64,000 nt of DNA, taken from assembly GCA_010909165.1 (NCBI GenBank), contig VJWM01000106.1:248001-312000 (forward strand), given 5' to 3'. Position numbers and translations under genes: made by a program. Origin of the DNA: Anthoceros angustus (taxonomy: Eukaryota > Plantae > Anthocerotophyta). Each line of letters opens with the position of its first letter. Within the stretch, counting starts at the first letter, position 1. Under the pieces are notes generated by a model. The model saw only the letters and a list, made by a program, of their open reading frames with translations. It did not search any database and was not told where the DNA came from. This document shows positions 58,683-64,000 of this stretch, piece after piece.

Positions 58683-59545
58683 AGGCTGTGGCAGCTAACG
58701 GCCCGAGTAATTATTCTGCCAATATGACCGCCACTCGGGACGAGCCAACCTTGAGCACAGTGCAATAGTGTGACATCTCTTCTCTGGGCAAGGGGGGCAT
58801 CGAGGGTACATAGTTGCTTGTATGTGCTTTTGGAACTACTTCAGCATCATGTGCTTTTGCAACGGGTGCATGCCCGCCGCAACCTGGCCAACAACCGTTT
58901 GCAAAAGCTCCAGGCATCCACACTGAGAGAAAGCACATCCTATTGACAATTCGGAAGGCATGGGGAAGCAAAGCGTGCTGCAGGATTCTGCCCTTCCAAT
59001 CAGTCCTCATCGAGTGACGTAAGGCACCGAGCTTGCAAGGGTAAGTTCTCTCTAGCCGCGCGGGGATATCATACAAATTCAAATCCAATTCTCAGTGGTC
59101 TCAGAGTTTCGTCAAAAGGCGCTTGACATGTTCCTTCTAACTCATTCATTCTAACTCATTGATGTACGTGTTCCGGCTGCGGCTTTTCTCTTCCGATCCA
59201 ACTGTGTCAGACGTTTTCCAACGCCGAACATTCCAATACAATTTCCTGTCTCGGCGCTCTTGATAGCGTGGGAACCTTTGTGTAATGGAGGCCCCAGTTC
59301 AAACTGTTCATCCCTTGGGCTCAGCTGGCGACAAAGCTTGCAGTGGCTAGGCTGTGTGAATTCCTATGGTACATGTCCTGTAAATGGAGATGGTTGCTTG
59401 CCATCGGTCTGTAATGCATGCCTTCCGGAAAACTGAAGGAGAAATGCGGCTGAGACCGTGACCAAGCTTCGTCATAGGGCCAGCTCACTGAACTATTACT
59501 GTCGAGGCAAACTTTAGGGGAGTTCTGGTACAGACAAACTGTTGC

Positions 59546-59800
59546 ATGTCAAAATGTCTGTTTCATATTTCGGGTCGCGGCGTCCATGCTTTCATGGTGA
59601 AAATGGATACCATGCGGACACGGTCCAGTGCAAATACGTCCTACGAATGTATGCTTTTCAATGGCTGGTTGCAAGACGGCATGGATTTGTTCACCTTGAT
59701 CCCCGAACCAGATGCCGAAAGGCGGTCTTCCGTCATTTCTGCGCACGTTAAACAGTGGACAAGACAAGCACGCTGTGGAACTCTTATCAACAGATGCGAC
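59546..59800 (+). pseudogene. Possible highly degenerate PPR remnant
   Basis: GVHAFMVK..DLFTLIPEPD..SSVISAHV loosely resembles PLS-PPR motifs. Confidence 0.3.
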
Positions 59801-60313
59801 GCTCATGTGAGAAACCAGATAGGATGGTCATTTGTTGGTGGCAGCCCTTCAAGCTTGTGGAAGGGGATCAGACTTGAAGTAGGTGCATGCTGAAGTGCTA
59901 GCTGCTGGTTGAGCATGATTTGTTCGTCTCCAGTTGCGTGGTGGGCATGGATGCAAAATGTGACAGCTTAATTGCAAGGTCGAATAAGGGAAGTCCATAG
60001 GTATTTACTTTCCCATATTTATATGGCGATGCAGCGAGCGAGTAGAGTCAAAGTAGGTATTTAGAAGATTCTACTGAGTAATTTGGTTGTTTTGCCCCAG
60101 AGTGATCGGAATAGCCATGCAAAGATGTTAGTAGGCGCTGTTCAAATCATCATTGCTGCAGACAAGCTCACGCCCGGATGTTTTTATGTCGGAGACCCAT
60201 CAGCGGAATGTCCGAGAAGGGTCATATTTCATGTTTTCTGCCGTTAAATTGGGACGCTTCGACGGGTTGTCCTGACTAGCGAAGGCGTTGGATAGCAGCT
60301 TGATCGTGAAGAT

Positions 60314-63300
60314 ATGGGGGTTCCTGAGACGGAGCTGGAGGAAGGTGCTGCTCTCAGTGCATTTTGTCACGTGACGGGGTATCGGAATTTTGTTCACTGG
60401 TTGATCGTGTTGCGGGCCTTCCTTGCAGTGACGGAGTTGCTGGGATCAATACCTCTGCTGCAGCATCTTCCAGCCAGCACTGTGCAGAAGATTGCACAAG
60501 TGATAGAGCCTGTGCACTTCGGTACGAGGTGGCTTAACTGGTGCATCTTGCTCAGCGGAGCTTAGATCGGTAGGATGTGTTGGCTCTCAATTGGTGGCTT
60601 GTCAGGTCCTGGTGATGTCATTGTTCGGGCAGGGGATGTTGGTCAAGGGGTTTACATCATATGGAAGGGCACGGTACGGGAATGACTTGCAGTTTGTCAG
60701 TTCCTGAGGTGCATGCTCTGGCCACGTTGGTCATGATGCCAGCTTGTTTTACGCAGGCCCAAGCTTCGCCGGCAAATGTGGTTGACGGACTTGGCTGTGT
60801 CAGCCCTCCGTTGAAGCGTGGAGACTATTTTGGAGGTATCTGAAGTTCTTCGCTTCAAGGTCGATGCAGTTATGCTTTGAGTATTGGTGCCGATTGTAAG
60901 GAGTGACTTCCCGTGGTTTTGATGGCCCTTTTGAACAGCTTCTGCAGGACCTGTCGTTACACCTCACAAAGTTGATGTGGAAGCTATCACTGAGGTAGGC
61001 GGGGTTTCTGTCTACCTAGGTAGTTGCCTTCGAATGCATGCCATGACTGAGGTATTGGCCTTCTACGTGATGTTGCCCCAGGTGACTTGCTTGGTGGTGC
61101 CACATAAGTATGGGGAGTTGCTCTGCTCGCATTCAATTTGGAAAGCACGTGAAGGAGAAAATGAAGGACCATCTGCGATTGAGGAGATTCTGCAACTGGA
61201 GAGTATTGAGGTGAATACTAAGTGAGTTCCTAGCTTGCAACAAGATTCACTGCAATCAGACATCTAACACCAGGGAATCTGTTCAGACAGACTATTTCCG
61301 TGCAGTGACCTCCAGAATGCAAGGAAACTTTGGGCAAGTCTTCGGTGGACAATTGATCGGGCAGGTATTTTTCACACAGTGAATTTCGGTGCTTCTTGAA
61401 AGGGTTGCTGGTGTACGAGCTCATGTTTTTAGTGTGTTGTTTTGATTCACTTGGCTAGAATGGCGGGAACAGCCAGCTAACTGCTTTTGTAAAACCTCTG
61501 GATCCCTTTCAGGCACTCGCAGCAGCAACTAAGTCCGTGGATCCTGCACTGTTTGTGCACAGTCTTCACTCCTACTTCTTGCGCAGAGGAGACAGAAGCT
61601 GTAAGTTGAACGAAACTGCTGTGGGCTTTTTGGTTGGTTGCTGAATGTTTTGCTTGCACATTACTGGGAGGCTGAGCACATCCTACTCACTCTGCAAGTC
61701 GAGTAGGGGGTACTTAACCTATGTGATGTGTTGCTACATCACCAAAGGGGGTACTTAACCTATATGATGTGTTGAAACAGTACCAATACTTTACAGAGTG
61801 GTGAGGACACGTGATGGCCAAACATATGCAACACGTCAAGTATCTGCAATACAGAAGGGCACGGTGATCTTCAATATGCAAGCATCCTTCCAGGTGGGAT
61901 GTGCATATAAATACGATGACGTGCCCCATGTTTGTGCAAATTCCTGCTGTCGCTGAGATGGTGAATTGTAGAGCAGTTTCAGACTTTCTGAGCTGATTAA
62001 TATTTGGGAGGTTTTGAACGCTTGCTCTGTGCAACTGAGATGCATGTAGTGAATAATTTGCTAACTCAGTGAGAATGGGGGCAGAGGCCTGAGGAGGGAG
62101 TTGCGTACCAGATACCAATGCCAGAAGCTCCAGATCCGGAACAGGTTCTTACTATTTCTTCAATTTCCTGAACTACGTCTGCTATGCTGTTGAATCCTCC
62201 GCCTGTCTTCGACCTGCTAGTTTGATGCTAATACCAGTGTGGCTTCTCACAGCTCTTATCCATTGAGGCGCTGAAAGCGAGCTACAAAACAGATCCCAGA
62301 CTCCCTAAGTAATCGCCTTTCACTTTTTTGGCTCCCAAACAAATGGCAGTTCTTCCTTGAAATTATGTTCCTCTTATGTTTGACACTCAGTGCTTATCTG
62401 TGTCCATGAACAGCTGTTGACATCCTGTGTTACTTGGCAGCCATCTGAGGCGAAATATTGGCAAAGATCTGCTTGGTCCTATTGACCTTCGACTGATAGA
62501 TCCGATGGATTTTATTCATCCTAGGCCAAAGACCTCCAGGTATAGAACTTGCAGGGACCTTGAAATAATTGCATTATCTTGTCTTCTCGTGGTAACACGG
62601 GTAGAATTCCCTGCAGAAACTCGATGTGGTTGAGATCAAGAAGCAACCTCTCCAATGACCCAGCACTTCATACGTATTTTTCATGCTACAGCACTCTTGC
62701 CAGCAACCAAATTCGCATCCACTTATTACCGCTTCACATGTCAGACGTGAGTCTGAACGGATGTAAGGCGGCTGACTGTTATGTTTAATGCAGATGTGTT
62801 CTGGCCTATGCCTCAGACCTGGAACTGCTAGATACTGTCCTCCGTCCTCATGGTCTTCGTATTGCCACAGATGCCTTCATATTGAGTCTTGATCATTCGT
62901 ATGTGATTTCACTTTCTTCATCTGTTTTCAAAGCTTTTCCAAGATGGGTCTTTTTGTCCTCCTCCTAGCTTGTCACGAGGTGTGGTTGCCTGTCTTCTAG
63001 CATGTGGTTTCACAAGCCGTTTCGAGCAGATGAGTGGTTGCTGATGGTGGTAAGTTGCATTTTTATATACCCCTGTGAGTTCTGTAGAACGGCTGAGCTT
63101 ACTGAATTTGCTGCCTGCTGCTTCAAAGGCGGAACCCATTGTGACTGCTGGGGGCAGAGGCTTCGCACAAGGCCACATTTACAATCGAAGCGGAGAGGTA
63201 TGCACCACATATTCTGCAGGGCTGTGAGGGGATCACCTGTCTGTTGATGATAAGTAATTGTTTGTTGTGGTGCCCACAGCTGGTAGTGTCAGTTGCTCAG

Positions 63301-63342
63301 GAAGGTGTGCTCCGAATAGCGAAGCAAAAGGCCAAACTGTGA
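60314..63342 (+). CDS. ACH2: Peroxisomal acyl-CoA thioesterase II (TesB/ACOT8-type) with N-terminal cNMP-binding domain, ACH2-like, multi-exon
   Basis: ELLGSIPLLQHLPASTVQKIAQV; GDVIVRAGDVGQGVYIIWKG; LKRGDYFG; GQVFGGQLIGQ; ALAAATKSVDPALFVHSLHSYFL; WFHKPFRADEWLL; GRGFAQGHIYNRSGE; VSVAQEGVLR..AKL* (PTS1 tripeptide). Confidence 0.9.
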
Positions 63343-63569
63343 AATACTGTTTGCAAGATGATGTTAGCAACAGGACATAACTCTGCAGGGCGGTGAGGCA
63401 ATGTCTCTGTATGCCTGTGGCGGCGACTCTCCTCAGGAAGTTAGTGCTGTAAATAATGAAGCGAAAGGCGAAATCGCCAAATTATACTGTCAAAATCAAA
63501 TCAGATTTTTTGTTGAGGAACTACAACCTCCCACTGCCGGTTGTTCAATAGGTGTCATAGAATGAATTA

Positions 63570-63800
63570 TCTTCACCTCAGGCAATTGAAGCAGATTTGA
63601 AGCAAGGAGTGAAATTGATGGTTTCCCCCGGCACCATCCAGTCTTCCATCATGAAGCACTCTGGCTTGTCACAGACAAGCGCCCACGCTGTTGCCCAGCC
63701 CTCCGGGATCTTCCACAGCAATGAGGGCCCTCACGCTCGGTAAAAGCAGGTAAAGCGCACATTATCACGCTCTCTCCCCATTCCATTGTGCAGGAGCGCC
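63570..63800 (-). pseudogene. Possible degenerate PPR remnant
   Basis: LLWKIPEGWATAWAL..MEDWMVPGETINFT..EVKIIHS across frames; weak resemblance only. Confidence 0.3.
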
Positions 63801-64000
63801 CGATCAATGCCAAATCTCCCTTCCTACATTGAAGCACAACATTTTCAGCCGTGGGCAGAGGCTGATTAAGATCCAGACGGGCATGCTACGATGGAGACCT
63901 GCGCCAGTGTAAGTTGCGGCAGGGTTGCCTACAGTTCCATCCTATTGAAGCCCTTTGATTTGAAAATAAAGCAAGGCCTCAGAACCCTCTTCGCTACCCT

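Noticed and set aside
1-64000. tRNA, rRNA or snoRNA genes
   Set aside because: No cloverleaf or rRNA-like sequence was recognised by eye; the only tRNA-related sequence is the copia PBS.

Overview
Eukaryotic nuclear DNA from a compact, short-intron land-plant genome. I infer a non-seed plant such as a hornwort or lycophyte from the intron sizes, GC-rich genes and PLS-PPR debris. Bases 1-18.5 kb are gene-rich: a GEX2-like filamin-repeat protein, a ThrE/PRM10-family exporter, an OVATE family protein, an MBD4L DNA glycosylase and a class II LBD transcription factor. Bases 19.9-41 kb form a nested transposon island. An outer TG..CA element with an accessory ORF is split by a recent Ty1/copia element that lacks gag/protease and has 176-bp LTRs without TG..CA ends; the copia in turn carries a TIR element and a second TG..CA accessory-ORF element. 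Bases 41.7-53.4 kb hold mitochondrial uS5m and COX6b head-to-head, followed by an aspartic-protease-like gene whose second catalytic Asp is Glu. This block is present as scrambled partial copies. Bases 55-64 kb hold a DUF26/Gnk2-like secreted protein and its pseudogene, PPR remnants and a peroxisomal cNMP-domain acyl-CoA thioesterase. Key caveat: three separate near-identical duplications have junctions with exactly 9 bp of microhomology (7 checked by eye) and differ mostly by small indels. They may be long-read consensus artefacts, and many frameshifts here may be sequencing errors. No tRNA, rRNA or CRISPR array was seen. All coordinates were read by eye.
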